DNA from: Escherichia coli
GTDB taxonomy: Bacteria > Pseudomonadota > Gammaproteobacteria > Enterobacterales > Enterobacteriaceae
Direction: 5' to 3' (one strand)
NCBI RefSeq assembly: GCF_013122565.1
Contig: NZ_CP053258.1
DNA: 64,000 bases
Below, one piece after another: positions 22,224 to 34,348 of the stretch (within the stretch, counting starts at the first letter, position 1; each line of letters opens with the position of its first letter). The notes under the pieces are model-generated. The model saw only the letters and a program-made list of their open reading frames with translations, ran no database searches and was not told the DNA's origin. A program made the translations under genes and the position numbers.

Positions 22224-24227
22224 TCAGGCACCTTTCACTCCCAGCACCTTATGCGCTTTTGCCACAATATTCTCGGCGGTAAAGCCAAAGAACGGGAACA
22301 GCTTATCGGCCGGAGCAGATTCCCCGTAACCCGTCATCCCGACAATTGCCCCTTTCAGACCAACATATTTGTACCAGTAATCGGCGATGCCCGCTTCTAC
22401 CGCCACGCGAGCCGCAACGTTAGAAGGCAACACCGACTCCCGATATTCCTCATCCTGGGCGTCGAAAATATCGGTCGAGGGCAGGGAAACCACGCGAACA
22501 TTGCGACCTTCTCCCGCTAATTTCTCCGCCGCTTGCAGGGTGATTTCCATCTCTGAACCGGTGGCAATCAGAATAATATCCGGCTTGCCGCCGCTGTCTT
22601 TCAGCACATAACCGCCACGAGCAATCTCTTTAACCTGATCCGGCGTACGTTCTACCTGTGCCAGATTCTGCCTGGAGAGGATCAGTGCTGTCGGTCCGTT
22701 GTGGCGCTCAACCGCCAGCTTCCAGCCAACCGCCGCTTCCACCTGATCGCACGGTCGCCAGGTGCTGAAATTTGGCGTTAAGCGCAGACTAGCCAGTTGC
22801 TCAACAGCCTGGTGCGTCGGACCATCTTCGCCCAGACCAATTGAGTCGTGGGTATAAACCATAATCTGCCGCGCTTTCATCAGTGCCGCCATCCGCGCTG
22901 CGTTACGGGCGTATTCAACAAACATCAGGAACGTCGCGGTATACGGCACAAAGCCGCCGTGGTGCGCAATGCCGTTGGCGATAGCGGTCATGCCAAATTC
23001 ACGCACCCCGTAGTGAATGTAGTTGCCCGCCGGATCTTCCTTCAGCGAAACAGAACCTTTCCAGATGGTCAGGTTGCTGGGAGCCAGATCCGCCGAACCG
23101 CCGAGCAACTCAGGCAGCATCGGCCCGTAAGCGTTAAGCGTATTTTGCGAAGCCTTACGGGTAGCAATTTTCGCCGGATTTGCCTGTAACTCATTGATAT
23201 ATTTCTGAGTCGTTTTCTCCCAGTCCTTCGGTAAACCACCGCTCATCCGACGGGTAAACTCTTCTGCCAGTTGCGGATGGGCCTTTTTATAGGCGGCAAA
23301 CTTCTCATTCCAGCTCTGCTGCGCTTTTTCGCCTTTTTCGCGGGCATCCCAGGCGTGATAAATCTCTTTAGGGATCTCAAATGGCGGATGGTGCCAGCCC
23401 AGTTTTTGCCGTGCCAGCGCCACTTCTTCTTCCCCCAGCGGTGCGCCGTGCGCCTCTTCCTTACCTGCTTTATTCGGCGAACCAAAGCCAATCACCGTAC
23501 GGCAGATAATCAGCGACGGCTTATCTTTCACGCTTTGCGCTTCAAGGATCGCTTCCTTCACCGCCTGCGGATCGTGACCGTCGATTTCATGGATCACATG
23601 CCAGTGATAGGCTTCAAAACGTTTTGCCGTATCGTCGGTAAACCAGCCTTCGGTTTCTCCATCAATCGAAATACCGTTGTGATCGTAAAAACCAATCAGC
23701 TTGCCCAGTCCCAGCGTGCCCGCCAGCGAACAGACTTCGTGGGAAATACCTTCCATCAGGCAGCCGTCGCCCATAAACACATAGGTGAAGTGATCGACAA
23801 TTTCATGATCTGGCTGGTTAAACTGCGCCGCCAGCGTACGCTCTGCTATCGCCAGCCCGACGGCGTTCGCCAAACCTTGTCCAAGTGGACCGGTGGTGGT
23901 TTCAACACCAGGCGTATAGCCGATTTCCGGGTGGCCTGGGGTTTTTGAATGCAACTGACGGAAGTTCTTCAGTTCTTCCAGCGGCAGGTCGTAACCGGTC
24001 AGATGCAGCAAACTGTAGAGCAGCATCGACGCGTGACCGTTGGAAAGAATAAAGCGGTCGCGATCATACCAGGTTGGGTCGGTAGGATTATGTTTAAGAA
24101 AATCGTTCCACAGCACTTCGGCAATATCAGCCATGCCCATCGGCGCGCCGGGATGACCAGAATTGGCTTTTTGTACCGCATCCATACTGAGTGCGCGAAT
24201 CGCATTGGCAAGGTCTTTTCGGGACAT
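22224..24227 (-). CDS. tktB: transketolase 2
   Basis: 667 aa from [31 protein letters not shown]; ORF-track 21-codon extension rejected. Confidence 0.95.
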   Translation of the reverse strand: MSRKDLANAIRALSMDAVQKANSGHPGAPMGMADIAEVLWNDFLKHNPTDPTWYDRDRFILSNGHASMLLYSLLHLTGYDLPLEELKNFRQLHSKTPGHPEIGYTPGVETTTGPLGQGLANAVGLAIAERTLAAQFNQPDHEIVDHFTYVFMGDGCLMEGISHEVCSLAGTLGLGKLIGFYDHNGISIDGETEGWFTDDTAKRFEAYHWHVIHEIDGHDPQAVKEAILEAQSVKDKPSLIICRTVIGFGSPNKAGKEEAHGAPLGEEEVALARQKLGWHHPPFEIPKEIYHAWDAREKGEKAQQSWNEKFAAYKKAHPQLAEEFTRRMSGGLPKDWEKTTQKYINELQANPAKIATRKASQNTLNAYGPMLPELLGGSADLAPSNLTIWKGSVSLKEDPAGNYIHYGVREFGMTAIANGIAHHGGFVPYTATFLMFVEYARNAARMAALMKARQIMVYTHDSIGLGEDGPTHQAVEQLASLRLTPNFSTWRPCDQVEAAVGWKLAVERHNGPTALILSRQNLAQVERTPDQVKEIARGGYVLKDSGGKPDIILIATGSEMEITLQAAEKLAGEGRNVRVVSLPSTDIFDAQDEEYRESVLPSNVAARVAVEAGIADYWYKYVGLKGAIVGMTGYGESAPADKLFPFFGFTAENIVAKAHKVLGVKGA

Positions 24228-24246
24228 ATAACACTCCGTGGCTGGT

Positions 24247-25197
24247 TTATAGTTTGGCGGCAAGAAGATCTTCCAGTTTGCGTTGATCAACGGCGAACAG
24301 ACGAATGCCTTCAGACAGTTTTTCTACCGCCATCGCATCCTGATTGTGCTCCCAACGGAACTCCGCTTCGCTCATGGGAGCTGGGCGTGGGAACGTCTGA
24401 GAAGGTGGGATTAATTTACGTACCACTGGCGAAACTTTTTCCTGCAGCTCCTTCAGCAAATTCGGTGCGATAGTCAGTCGATCGCAGCCGGTTAAGGCGA
24501 GGATTTGTTCGGTGCGACGGAAGCTCGCGCCCATCACAATGGTTTCATAGTGGTGTTGCTTATAGTAGTCGTAGATATTGCGCACCGATTTAACGCCCGG
24601 ATCTTCTTCCACCACATACGGGTCCATCGGCTTGCGTGCCTGATACCAGTCATAAATACGCCCGACAAACGGCGAAATCAGAAAAACGCCCGCTTCTGCA
24701 CAGGCCCGCGCCTGGGCAAAAGAAAACAGCAGCGTCAGGTTGCAGTTAATACCTTCTTTTTCCAGCTCTTCGGCCGCGCGAATTCCTTCCCAGGTCGAAG
24801 CCAGTTTGATCAAAATGCGTGATTTCTCAACGCCTTGTTGCTGATACAAGTCCACCAGATGGCGCGCCTTCTCAATACTCTTTTCTTTATCAAAAGAGAG
24901 GCGTGCATCAACTTCTGTTGACACGCGACCGGGTACGATTTTGAGAATTTCAGCACCGAAATTGACTGCCAGTTTGTCACACGCTGCGACCACCTGTTGT
25001 TCCTGGGTCTTGCCATTTTTTTTACCCCAGGCGATAGCATCGTCTATTAAATGCTCATATTGTGATAATCCGGCAGCCTTGAGTAACAGCGAAGGATTGG
25101 TGGTGGCATCCTGGGGATGATAATGGCGAATGGACTCAATATCGCCGCTGTCTGCCACGACAGTGGTGAACTGTTTGATGCCGTCTAACTCGTTCAT
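24247..25197 (-). CDS. talA: transaldolase A
   Basis: 316 aa, [23 protein letters not shown]. Confidence 0.95.
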   Translation of the reverse strand: MNELDGIKQFTTVVADSGDIESIRHYHPQDATTNPSLLLKAAGLSQYEHLIDDAIAWGKKNGKTQEQQVVAACDKLAVNFGAEILKIVPGRVSTEVDARLSFDKEKSIEKARHLVDLYQQQGVEKSRILIKLASTWEGIRAAEELEKEGINCNLTLLFSFAQARACAEAGVFLISPFVGRIYDWYQARKPMDPYVVEEDPGVKSVRNIYDYYKQHHYETIVMGASFRRTEQILALTGCDRLTIAPNLLKELQEKVSPVVRKLIPPSQTFPRPAPMSEAEFRWEHNQDAMAVEKLSEGIRLFAVDQRKLEDLLAAKL

Positions 25198-25485
25198 AGG
25201 AAATACTCCTTGAAAAGTAAAGTGTTAGATGAGTGCGTTAATTCACACTTCTGAGAAATTTCGCTAAACGCATCAAAAAAGCATAGCAGACAGGCATGGT
25301 ATTGCTGGATTAAGCAGGTAACATCAGTGTTATAGGATTATTACCAAAACATTATATTAATGGTGAGAGTTTGGACTTGCTCAAAGTCTGTAGACTCCGG
25401 CAAGGTAATAATGTGCGCCACGTTGTGGGCAGGGGCTGTGGCCCACACACTTTATTTGTGAACGTTACGTGAAAGGAACAACCAA

Positions 25486-27765
25486 ATGGATGACCAGTTA
25501 AAACAAAGTGCACTTGATTTCCATGAATTTCCAGTTCCAGGGAAAATCCAGGTTTCTCCAACCAAGCCTCTGGCAACGCAGCGCGATCTGGCGCTGGCCT
25601 ACTCACCAGGCGTTGCCGCACCTTGTCTTGAAATCGAAAAAGACCCGTTAAAAGCCTACAAATATACCGCGCGCGGTAACCTGGTGGCGGTGATCTCTAA
25701 CGGTACGGCGGTGCTGGGGTTAGGCAACATTGGCGCGCTGGCAGGCAAACCGGTGATGGAAGGCAAGGGCGTTCTGTTTAAGAAATTCGCCGGGATTGAT
25801 GTATTTGACATTGAAGTCGATGAACTCGACCCGGACAAATTTATTGAAGTCGTCGCTGCGCTCGAACCGACCTTCGGCGGAATCAACCTCGAAGACATTA
25901 AAGCGCCAGAATGTTTCTATATTGAACAGAAACTGCGCGAGCGGATGAATATTCCGGTATTCCACGACGATCAGCACGGCACGGCAATCATCAGCACTGC
26001 CGCCATCCTCAACGGCTTGCGCGTGGTGGAGAAAAACATCTCCGACGTGCGGATGGTGGTTTCCGGCGCGGGTGCCGCAGCAATCGCCTGTATGAACCTG
26101 CTGGTCGCGCTGGGGCTGCAAAAACATAACATCGTGGTTTGCGATTCAAAAGGCGTTATCTATCAGGGCCGTGAGCCAAACATGGCGGAAACCAAAGCCG
26201 CATATGCGGTGGTGGATGACGGTAAACGTACCCTCGATGATGTAATTGAAGGTGCGGATATTTTCCTCGGCTGTTCCGGCCCGAAAGTGCTGACCCAGGA
26301 AATGGTGAAGAAAATGGCTCGGGCACCAATGATCCTGGCGCTGGCGAATCCGGAACCGGAAATTCTGCCGCCGCTGGCGAAAGAAGTGCGTCCGGATGCC
26401 ATCATTTGCACCGGTCGTTCTGACTATCCAAACCAGGTCAACAACGTCCTTTGCTTCCCGTTTATCTTCCGTGGCGCGCTGGACGTTGGCGCAACGGCTA
26501 TCAATGAAGAGATGAAACTGGCGGCAGTACGCGCGATTGCGGAACTGGCCCACGCCGAACAGAGCGAAGTGGTGGCTTCTGCGTATGGCGATCAGGATCT
26601 TAGCTTTGGCCCTGAATACATCATTCCAAAACCGTTCGATCCGCGCTTGATCGTTAAGATCGCTCCTGCGGTCGCGAAAGCGGCGATGGAGTCGGGCGTG
26701 GCGACGCGTCCGATTGCTGATTTCGACGTCTACATCGACAAGCTGACTGAGTTCGTTTACAAAACCAACCTGTTTATGAAGCCGATTTTCTCCCAGGCTC
26801 GCAAAGCGCCGAAGCGCGTAGTTCTGCCGGAAGGGGAAGAGGCGCGCGTTCTGCATGCCACTCAGGAACTGGTAACGCTGGGACTGGCGAAACCGATCCT
26901 TATCGGTCGTCCGAACGTGATCGAAATGCGCATTCAGAAACTGGGCTTGCAGATCAAAGCGGGCGTTGATTTTGAGATCGTCAATAACGAATCCGATCCG
27001 CGCTTTAAAGAGTACTGGACCGAATACTTCCAGATCATGAAGCGTCGCGGCGTCACTCAGGAACAGGCGCAGCGGGCGCTGATCAGTAACCCGACAGTGA
27101 TCGGCGCGATCATGGTTCAGCGTGGCGAAGCCGATGCAATGATTTGCGGTACGGTGGGTGATTATCATGAACATTTTAGCGTGGTGAAAAATGTCTTTGG
27201 TTATCGCGATGGCGTTCACACCGCAGGTGCCATGAACGCGCTGCTGCTGCCGAGTGGTAACACCTTTATTGCCGATACATATGTTAATGATGAACCGGAT
27301 GCAGAAGAGCTGGCGGAGATCACCTTGATGGCGGCAGAAACTGTCCGTCGTTTTGGTATTGAGCCGCGTGTTGCTCTGTTGTCGCACTCCAACTTTGGTT
27401 CTTCTGACTGCCCGTCGTCGAGCAAAATGCGTCAGGCGCTGGAACTGGTCAGGGATAGTGCGCCAGATCTGATGATTGATGGTGAAATGCACGGCGATGC
27501 AGCGCTGGTGGAAGCGATTCGCAATGACCGTATGCCGGACAGCCCTTTGAAAGGTTCCGCCAATATTCTGGTAATGCCAAACATGGAAGCTGCCCGCATT
27601 AGTTACAACTTACTGCGCGTTTCCAGCTCGGAAGGTGTGACTGTCGGTCCGGTGCTGATGGGCGTGGCGAAACCGGTTCACGTGTTAACGCCGATCGCAT
27701 CGGTACGTCGTATCGTCAACATGGTGGCGCTGGCCGTGGTTGAAGCGCAAACCCAACCGCTGTAA
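25486..27765 (+). CDS. maeB: NADP-dependent malic enzyme (malic enzyme plus phosphotransacetylase-like domain)
   Basis: 759 aa, [27 protein letters not shown]. Confidence 0.96.
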   Translation: MDDQLKQSALDFHEFPVPGKIQVSPTKPLATQRDLALAYSPGVAAPCLEIEKDPLKAYKYTARGNLVAVISNGTAVLGLGNIGALAGKPVMEGKGVLFKKFAGIDVFDIEVDELDPDKFIEVVAALEPTFGGINLEDIKAPECFYIEQKLRERMNIPVFHDDQHGTAIISTAAILNGLRVVEKNISDVRMVVSGAGAAAIACMNLLVALGLQKHNIVVCDSKGVIYQGREPNMAETKAAYAVVDDGKRTLDDVIEGADIFLGCSGPKVLTQEMVKKMARAPMILALANPEPEILPPLAKEVRPDAIICTGRSDYPNQVNNVLCFPFIFRGALDVGATAINEEMKLAAVRAIAELAHAEQSEVVASAYGDQDLSFGPEYIIPKPFDPRLIVKIAPAVAKAAMESGVATRPIADFDVYIDKLTEFVYKTNLFMKPIFSQARKAPKRVVLPEGEEARVLHATQELVTLGLAKPILIGRPNVIEMRIQKLGLQIKAGVDFEIVNNESDPRFKEYWTEYFQIMKRRGVTQEQAQRALISNPTVIGAIMVQRGEADAMICGTVGDYHEHFSVVKNVFGYRDGVHTAGAMNALLLPSGNTFIADTYVNDEPDAEELAEITLMAAETVRRFGIEPRVALLSHSNFGSSDCPSSSKMRQALELVRDSAPDLMIDGEMHGDAALVEAIRNDRMPDSPLKGSANILVMPNMEAARISYNLLRVSSSEGVTVGPVLMGVAKPVHVLTPIASVRRIVNMVALAVVEAQTQPL

Positions 27766-27784
27766 TTCTTTTTTAACTCTCACG

Positions 27785-27815
27785 CTTACCCTGAATATTC
27801 AGGGTAAGCGGTTTA
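27785..27815 (+). terminator. hairpin terminator candidate after maeB
   Basis: GCTTACCCTG-AATATT-CAGGGTAAGC perfect 10-bp stem followed by GGTTT. Confidence 0.5.
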
Positions 27816-28055
27816 GCTGCAATATATTAGTAAAGCTTATTACTGAGTTTACGAATAATAAAAAAAGCAATATAAAATATCTCGATATTATTTTATTTAT
27901 ATTCATGCGTCGCATATGAAAGTTTATTCATAACAGTAAATATCTCTCCATTCTTAGTGATCTACCTCACCTTTTAAACGTGCTTGCCGAATTTTGTTAT
28001 TTACTCTGACGAAAAATTGTCACGATACACGAAAGTTTTTCACAGGCGGCGACTC

Positions 28056-28391
28056 ATGGATAAAGAACGCATCATTCAGGAATTTGTGCCCGGCAAACAG
28101 GTCACACTGGCGCATCTCATCGCGCATCCCGGCGAGGAACTGGCGAAGAAAATCGGCGTTCCGGATGCTGGCGCAATCGGCATTATGACGTTAACTCCTG
28201 GCGAAACGGCGATGATCGCCGGTGATTTAGCACTGAAAGCCGCCGATGTGCATATCGGTTTTCTCGACCGTTTTAGCGGCGCGCTGGTGATTTATGGCTC
28301 GGTGGGTGCAGTAGAAGAAGCGTTATCACAAACCGTCAGTGGTTTAGGTCGCTTATTAAATTATACGCTTTGTGAAATGACCAAAAGTTAA
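28056..28391 (+). CDS. eutS: ethanolamine-utilisation microcompartment shell protein EutS (permuted BMC domain)
   Basis: 111 aa from [26 protein letters not shown]. Confidence 0.9.
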
Positions 28392-28403
28392 TACGAGGCA
28401 TTC

Positions 28404-28883
28404 ATGAAACGAATTGCGTTTGTGGGTACCGTCGGGGCAGGGAAAACAACGTTATTTAATGCGTTGCAGGGGAATTATACCCTCGCCAGAAAAACACAGG
28501 CCGTGGAATTTAATGATAAGGGCGATATTGATACGCCGGGTGAATATTTTAGCCATCCCCGCTGGTATCACGCCTTAATTACCACGCTACAGGATGTGGA
28601 CATGCTGATCTATGTCCACGGCGCGAATGACCCGGAAAGTCGGTTGCCTGCCGGGTTGCTGGATATTGGCGTCAGCAAACGGCAAATCGCCGTCATCAGT
28701 AAAACGGACATGCCAGATGCTGACGTCGCCGCAACGCGAAAGTTATTGCTTGAGACGGGCTTCGAAGAGCCGATTTTCGAGCTAAACAGCCACGACCCGC
28801 AAAGCGTGCAGCAACTGGTGGATTATCTGGCATCTCTCACCAAACAGGAGGAAGCAGGTGAAAAAACTCATCACAGCGAATGA
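28404..28883 (+). CDS. eutP: ethanolamine-utilisation protein EutP (P-loop GTPase-like acetate kinase)
   Basis: 159 aa, MKRIAFVGTVGAGKTTLFNAL Walker A. Confidence 0.92.
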   Translation: MKRIAFVGTVGAGKTTLFNALQGNYTLARKTQAVEFNDKGDIDTPGEYFSHPRWYHALITTLQDVDMLIYVHGANDPESRLPAGLLDIGVSKRQIAVISKTDMPDADVAATRKLLLETGFEEPIFELNSHDPQSVQQLVDYLASLTKQEEAGEKTHHSE

Positions 28884-29547
28884 TATTCGTGAAGCACACG
28901 CGCGTGGCGAACAGGCAATGTCCGTGGTTCTGCGCGCCAGCATTATTACCCCGGAAGCCCGTGAAGTGGCGGACCTGCTGGGTTTTACCATCACTGAATG
29001 CGAGGAATCGACACCAGCAACGGTATCTGTGCCCGTAGAGAAAACCGAAAGCCAGCGCATCCGCGAAACCATCATTGCCCAGCTGCCGGAAGGCCAGTTT
29101 ACCGAAAGCCTGGTCGCGCAGTTGATGGAAAAAGTGATGAAGGAAAAACAGTCGCTGGAGCAGGGTGCAATGCAGCCGAGCTTTAAATCGGTGACCGGCA
29201 AAGGCGGCATCAAAGTTATTGATGGTAGCAGCGTCAAGTTTGGTCGCTTTGATGGCGCACAACCGCATTGCGTGGGCTTGACTGATCTTGTGACCGGAGA
29301 CGACGGCAGCAGCATGGCCGCCGGTTTTATGCAGTGGGACAACGCCTTCTTCCCGTGGACCCTGAACTACGACGAAATCGACATGGTGCTGGAAGGGGAG
29401 CTGCATGTTCGCCACGAAGGCGAAACCATGATCGCCAAAGCAGGCGACGTGATGTTTATCCCGAAAGGCTCCAGCATCGAATTTGGTACGACATCCAGCG
29501 TGAAATTCCTGTATGTCGCCTGGCCGGCTAACTGGCAATCCCTATGA
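28858..29547 (+). CDS. eutQ: ethanolamine-utilisation protein EutQ (cupin-type acetate kinase)
   Basis: 229 aa, MKKLITANDIREAHARGEQAMSVVL; overlaps eutP by 26 nt. Confidence 0.9.
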   Translation: MKKLITANDIREAHARGEQAMSVVLRASIITPEAREVADLLGFTITECEESTPATVSVPVEKTESQRIRETIIAQLPEGQFTESLVAQLMEKVMKEKQSLEQGAMQPSFKSVTGKGGIKVIDGSSVKFGRFDGAQPHCVGLTDLVTGDDGSSMAAGFMQWDNAFFPWTLNYDEIDMVLEGELHVRHEGETMIAKAGDVMFIPKGSSIEFGTTSSVKFLYVAWPANWQSL

Positions 29548-30347
29548 AAGATTTCATCACCGAAGCATGGCTAAGAGCGAACCATACGCTCAGCGAAGGC
29601 GCAGAGATCCATCTCCCTGCGGACAGTCGCCTGACGCCCTCTGCCCGGGAGTTGCTGGAAAGCCGCCATCTGCGCATCAAGTTTATTGACGAGCAGGGCC
29701 GCCTGTTTGTTGACGATGAACAGCAGCAGCCGCAGCCCGTTCATGGGCTGACCAGTAGCGATGAACATCCGCAGGCGTGCTGCGAACTGTGCCGCCAGCC
29801 GGTGGCAAAAAAGCCGGATACGCTGACTCACCTGTCGGCGGAAAAAATGGTCGCCAAAAGCGATCCGCGCCTGGGTTTTCGCGCGGTTCTCGACAGCACC
29901 ATTGCGCTGGCAGTGTGGCTGCAAATTGAACTGGCAGAACCGTGGCAGCCATGGCTGGCGGACATCCGCTCGCGTCTTGGCAACATTATGCGTGCCGATG
30001 CGCTGGGGGAACCGTTGGGCTGCCAGGCGATTGTCGGGCTTTCTGACGAAGATCTGCATCGGCTTTCTCACCAGCCGCTGCGCTATCTCGACCACGATCA
30101 TCTGGTGCCGGAAGCCAGCCACGGGCGCGATGCTGCGTTGCTGAATCTGCTACGCACCAAAGTGCGGGAAACCGAAACCGTAGCGGCGCAGGTGTTTATC
30201 ACCCGCAGCTTTGAAGTATTACGCCCGGACATCTTGCAGGCGCTGAACCGCCTTTCGAGCACGGTCTACGTGATGATGATCCTGAGCGTAACGAAGCAGC
30301 CGCTAACGGTGAAGCAGATCCAACAACGACTGGGGGAAACGCAATGA
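29544..30347 (+). CDS. eutT: ethanolamine-utilisation cobalamin adenosyltransferase EutT
   Basis: 267 aa, [32 protein letters not shown]; ATGA overlap with eutQ. Confidence 0.92.
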   Translation: MKDFITEAWLRANHTLSEGAEIHLPADSRLTPSARELLESRHLRIKFIDEQGRLFVDDEQQQPQPVHGLTSSDEHPQACCELCRQPVAKKPDTLTHLSAEKMVAKSDPRLGFRAVLDSTIALAVWLQIELAEPWQPWLADIRSRLGNIMRADALGEPLGCQAIVGLSDEDLHRLSHQPLRYLDHDHLVPEASHGRDAALLNLLRTKVRETETVAAQVFITRSFEVLRPDILQALNRLSSTVYVMMILSVTKQPLTVKQIQQRLGETQ

Positions 30348-31360
30348 TTATTGAACGTTGTCGTGAACTGGCGTTGCGAGCGCCCGCCAGAGTGGTTTTT
30401 CCGGATGCGTTAGATCAACGTGTGCTGAAAGCTGCGCAATATTTACATCAACAAGGTCTGGCAACGCCCATTCTGGTCGCTAATCCGTTTGAACTTCGTC
30501 AGTTTGCGCTCAGTCATGGCGTAGCGATGGACGGGCTACAGGTGATTGATCCGCATGGCAACCTCGCAATGCGGGAAGAATTTGCTCATCGCTGGCTGGC
30601 CCGCGCGGGCGAAAAAACGCCGCCGGATGCGCTGGAAAAACTTACCGATCCGCTGATGTTCGCCGCCGCAATGGTCAGCGCCGGTAAAGCGGATGTCTGT
30701 ATCGCGGGCAATCTCTCTTCCACGGCGAATGTGCTGCGTGCCGGATTACGCATTATTGGCTTGCAGCCAGGCTGTAAAACGCTCTCATCCATTTTCCTGA
30801 TGCTGCCACAGTACAGCGGTCCGGCGTTGGGTTTTGCCGATTGCAGCGTGGTGCCACAGCCGACGGCGGCACAACTGGCGGATATCGCGCTTGCCAGCGC
30901 CGAAACCTGGCAGGCCATCACCGGAGAAGAACCGCGCGTGGCGATGCTGTCGTTTTCCAGCAATGGTAGCGCCCGTCACCCCTGCGTTGCCAACGTCCAG
31001 CAGGCGACAGAAATCGTCCGTGAGCGCGCACCAAAGCTGGTTGTCGATGGCGAGTTGCAGTTTGACGCCGCCTTCGTGCCGGAAGTGGCGGCGCAAAAAG
31101 CGCCTGCCAGCCCGCTACAAGGCAAAGCCAATGTGATGGTTTTTCCGTCGCTGGAGGCAGGAAATATTGGCTACAAAATCGCACAACGACTCGGCGGATA
31201 TCGTGCCGTCGGGCCATTGATACAAGGGCTTGCCGCGCCGATGCACGATCTCTCTCGTGGTTGTAGCGTGCAGGAAATTATCGAGCTGGCGCTGGTGGCA
31301 GCTGTGCCGCGTCAGACAGAAGTGAACCGCGAAAGCAGTTTACAAACACTGGTTGAATGA
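30344..31360 (+). CDS. eutD: phosphotransacetylase EutD (EutI)
   Basis: 338 aa, [34 protein letters not shown]. Confidence 0.93.
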   Translation: MIIERCRELALRAPARVVFPDALDQRVLKAAQYLHQQGLATPILVANPFELRQFALSHGVAMDGLQVIDPHGNLAMREEFAHRWLARAGEKTPPDALEKLTDPLMFAAAMVSAGKADVCIAGNLSSTANVLRAGLRIIGLQPGCKTLSSIFLMLPQYSGPALGFADCSVVPQPTAAQLADIALASAETWQAITGEEPRVAMLSFSSNGSARHPCVANVQQATEIVRERAPKLVVDGELQFDAAFVPEVAAQKAPASPLQGKANVMVFPSLEAGNIGYKIAQRLGGYRAVGPLIQGLAAPMHDLSRGCSVQEIIELALVAAVPRQTEVNRESSLQTLVE

Positions 31361-31398
31361 ACGGTCCCGTTCTGGACCCTGATAAAGAGGAAAGCACA

Positions 31399-31692
31399 AT
31401 GGAAGCATTAGGAATGATCGAAACCCGGGGCCTGGTTGCACTGATTGAGGCTTCTGACGCGATGGTGAAAGCTGCGCGCGTCAAGCTGGTTGGTGTTAAG
31501 CAGATTGGCGGCGGCCTGTGTACTGCCATGGTTCGTGGTGATGTTGCAGCCTGTAAAGCAGCGACCGATGCCGGTGCCGCAGCGGCACAGCGTATCGGCG
31601 AGCTGGTATCTGTACACGTTATCCCGCGTCCGCACGGCGACCTGGAAGAAGTGTTCCCGATCGGCCTGAAAGGCGATAGCAGCAACCTGTAA
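31399..31692 (+). CDS. eutM: microcompartment major shell protein EutM (BMC-H)
   Basis: 97 aa from [28 protein letters not shown]. Confidence 0.93.
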   Translation: MEALGMIETRGLVALIEASDAMVKAARVKLVGVKQIGGGLCTAMVRGDVAACKAATDAGAAAAQRIGELVSVHVIPRPHGDLEEVFPIGLKGDSSNL

Positions 31693-31798
31693 TCACCCTG
31701 TGTGACGTCGATTCGGGCGTCACGCTCTCTCATTTTTCATTTTACCTTCCGCGGAGGGTAGGGGGAGCTTTTACCTGAAATACGCCACGGAGGCGGGT

Positions 31799-32086
31799 AT
31801 GAAACTGGCAGTCGTCACTGGACAAATTGTTTGTACCGTACGCCATCACGGACTGGCGCATGACAAATTGCTGATGGTGGAAATGATTGATCCACAAGGT
31901 AATCCTGACGGGCAATGCGCCGTCGCCATCGACAATATTGGCGCGGGAACCGGGGAGTGGGTGTTGCTGGTGAGTGGCAGTTCTGCCCGCCAGGCGCATA
32001 AAAGCGAAACGTCACCGGTCGATCTGTGCGTGATTGGCATCGTCGATGAGGTGGTGTCTGGCGGTCAGGTAATTTTCCACAAATAA
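31799..32086 (+). CDS. eutN: microcompartment vertex protein EutN (BMC-P)
   Basis: 95 aa, MKLAVVTGQIVCTVRHHGL. Confidence 0.92.
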   Translation: MKLAVVTGQIVCTVRHHGLAHDKLLMVEMIDPQGNPDGQCAVAIDNIGAGTGEWVLLVSGSSARQAHKSETSPVDLCVIGIVDEVVSGGQVIFHK

Positions 32087-32097
32087 GGCAGAACATC

Positions 32098-33501
32098 ATG
32101 AATCAACAGGATATTGAACAGGTGGTGAAAGCGGTACTGCTGAAAATGCAAAGCAGTGACACGCCGCCCGCCGCCGTTCATGAGATGGGCGTTTTCGCGT
32201 CCCTGGATGACGCCGTTGCGGCAGCCAAAATTGCCCAGCAAGGGTTAAAGAGCGTGGCAATGCGCCAGTTAGCCATTGCTGCCATTCGTGAAGCAGGCGA
32301 AAAACACGCCAGAGATTTAGCGGAACTTGCCGTCAGTGAAACCGGTATGGGCCGCGTTGAAGATAAATTTGCCAAAAACGTCGCTCAGGCGCGCGGCACG
32401 CCAGGCGTTGAGTGCCTCTCTCCGCAGGTGCTGACCGGTGACAACGGCCTGACTTTAATTGAAAACGCGCCCTGGGGCGTGGTGGCTTCGGTAACGCCGT
32501 CCACAAACCCGGCGGCAACCGTAATTAACAACGCCATCAGCCTGATTGCCGCGGGCAACAGCGTCATTTTTGCCCCGCATCCGGCGGCGAAAAAAGTCTC
32601 CCAGCGGGCGATCACGCTGCTCAACCAGGCGATTGTTGTCGCAGGCGGGCCGGAAAACTTACTGGTTACTGTGGCAAATCCGGATATCGAAACCGCGCAA
32701 CGTTTGTTCAAGTTTCCGGGCATCGGCCTTCTGGTGGTGACCGGCGGCGAAGCGGTAGTCGAAGCGGCGCGTAAACACACCAATAAACGTCTGATTGCCG
32801 CAGGCGCTGGCAACCCGCCGGTAGTGGTGGATGAAACCGCTGACCTCGCCCGTGCTGCTCAGTCCATCGTCAAAGGCGCGTCTTTCGATAACAACATCAT
32901 TTGTGCCGACGAAAAGGTACTGATTGTTGTTGATAGCGTAGCCGATGAACTGATGCGTCTGATGGAAGGCCAGCACGCGGTGAAACTGACCGCCGAGCAG
33001 GCGCAGCAGCTGCAACCGGTGTTGCTGAAAAATATCGACGAGCGCGGAAAAGGTACCGTCAGCCGTGACTGGGTTGGTCGCGATGCGGCGAAAATCGCGG
33101 CGGCAATCGGCCTGAACGTGCCGCAAGAAACGCGTTTGCTGTTTGTGGAAACCACCGCAGAACATCCGTTTGCTGTGACTGAACTGATGATGCCGGTGCT
33201 GCCCGTCGTGCGCGTCGCCAACGTGGCGGATGCCATTGCGCTGGCGGTGAAACTGGAGGGCGGTTGCCACCACACGGCGGCAATGCACTCGCGCAACATC
33301 GAAAACATGAACCAGATGGCGAACGCCATTGATACCAGCATTTTCGTTAAGAACGGACCGTGCATTGCCGGGCTGGGGCTGGGCGGGGAAGGCTGGACCA
33401 CCATGACCATCACCACGCCAACCGGTGAAGGGGTAACCAGCGCGCGGACGTTTGTCCGTCTGCGTCGCTGTGTATTAGTCGATGCGTTTCGCATTGTTTA
33501 A
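32098..33501 (+). CDS. eutE: CoA-acylating acetaldehyde dehydrogenase EutE
   Basis: 467 aa, MNQQDIEQVVKAVLLKMQSSDTPPAAVHEMGVF. Confidence 0.95.
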   Translation: MNQQDIEQVVKAVLLKMQSSDTPPAAVHEMGVFASLDDAVAAAKIAQQGLKSVAMRQLAIAAIREAGEKHARDLAELAVSETGMGRVEDKFAKNVAQARGTPGVECLSPQVLTGDNGLTLIENAPWGVVASVTPSTNPAATVINNAISLIAAGNSVIFAPHPAAKKVSQRAITLLNQAIVVAGGPENLLVTVANPDIETAQRLFKFPGIGLLVVTGGEAVVEAARKHTNKRLIAAGAGNPPVVVDETADLARAAQSIVKGASFDNNIICADEKVLIVVDSVADELMRLMEGQHAVKLTAEQAQQLQPVLLKNIDERGKGTVSRDWVGRDAAKIAAAIGLNVPQETRLLFVETTAEHPFAVTELMMPVLPVVRVANVADAIALAVKLEGGCHHTAAMHSRNIENMNQMANAIDTSIFVKNGPCIAGLGLGGEGWTTMTITTPTGEGVTSARTFVRLRRCVLVDAFRIV

Positions 33502-33511
33502 GGAGTAACCG

Positions 33512-34348
33512 ATGGCGCATGACGAACAATGGCTCACCCCACGTCTGCACATAGCGGCAACGCTGTGTAACCAGACGCCCGCCGCGACGGAATCCCCGCT
33601 GTGGCTGGGGGTGGATCTGGGCACCTGCGATGTGGTGTCGATGGTTGTCGACCACGACGGTCAGCCGGTGGCGGTATGCCTCGACTGGGCCGATGTGGTC
33701 CGCGACGGCATCGTCTGGGATTTCTTCGGTGCGGTCACCATTGTTCGTCGCCATCTCGACACCCTTGAGCAGCAATTCGGTCGCCGTTTTAGCCATGCGG
33801 CGACTTCATTTCCTCCGGGTACGGACCCGCGTATTTCCATCAACGTGCTGGAATCAGCCGGACTGGAAGTGAGCCATGTGCTGGATGAGCCAACCGCAGT
33901 CGCGGATCTGCTGCAACTGGATAACGCCGGTGTAGTGGATATCGGCGGCGGCACCACCGGCATTGCCATCGTGAAAAAGGGCAAGGTGACGTACTCGGCG
34001 GATGAAGCCACTGGCGGACATCACATCTCTCTGACTCTCGCCGGAAATCGTCGTATTTCGCTGGAAGAGGCGGAGCAGTACAAGCGCGGTCATGGTGAAG
34101 AGATTTGGCCCGCGGTGAAACCGGTGTACGAAAAAATGGCGGACATTGTCGCCCGGCATATTGAAGGGCAGGGCATTACTGATTTATGGCTGGCGGGCGG
34201 CTCCTGTATGCAACCGGGCGTGGCGGAACTGTTTAGCAAACAATTCCCGGCATTACAGGTGCATTTACCGCAGCACAGTTTGTTTATGACCCCGCTGGCG
34301 ATCGCCAGTAGTGGGCGAGAGAAAGCGGAGGGGATCTATGCAAAATGA
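33512..34348 (+). CDS. eutJ: ethanolamine-utilisation chaperone-like protein EutJ (actin/Hsp70 fold)
   Basis: 278 aa, MAHDEQWLTPRLHIAATLCNQ. Confidence 0.93.
   Translation: MAHDEQWLTPRLHIAATLCNQTPAATESPLWLGVDLGTCDVVSMVVDHDGQPVAVCLDWADVVRDGIVWDFFGAVTIVRRHLDTLEQQFGRRFSHAATSFPPGTDPRISINVLESAGLEVSHVLDEPTAVADLLQLDNAGVVDIGGGTTGIAIVKKGKVTYSADEATGGHHISLTLAGNRRISLEEAEQYKRGHGEEIWPAVKPVYEKMADIVARHIEGQGITDLWLAGGSCMQPGVAELFSKQFPALQVHLPQHSLFMTPLAIASSGREKAEGIYAK

Noticed and set aside
23271-24473. 225-aa and 174-aa ORFs antisense to tktB
   Set aside because: Lie inside the transketolase gene on the opposite strand; Arg-rich low-complexity translation
26146-27492. 448-aa ORF on the minus strand inside maeB
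   Set aside because: Antisense to a confidently identified, conserved gene; GC-rich coding DNA often leaves long open antisense frames; low-complexity Arg/His-rich translation with no recognisable domain
27811-28055. Candidate riboswitch or leader upstream of eutS
   Set aside because: AT-rich promoter region with no conserved structured-RNA signature I can recognise; enterobacterial eut operons are activated by the EutR protein rather than by an AdoCbl riboswitch
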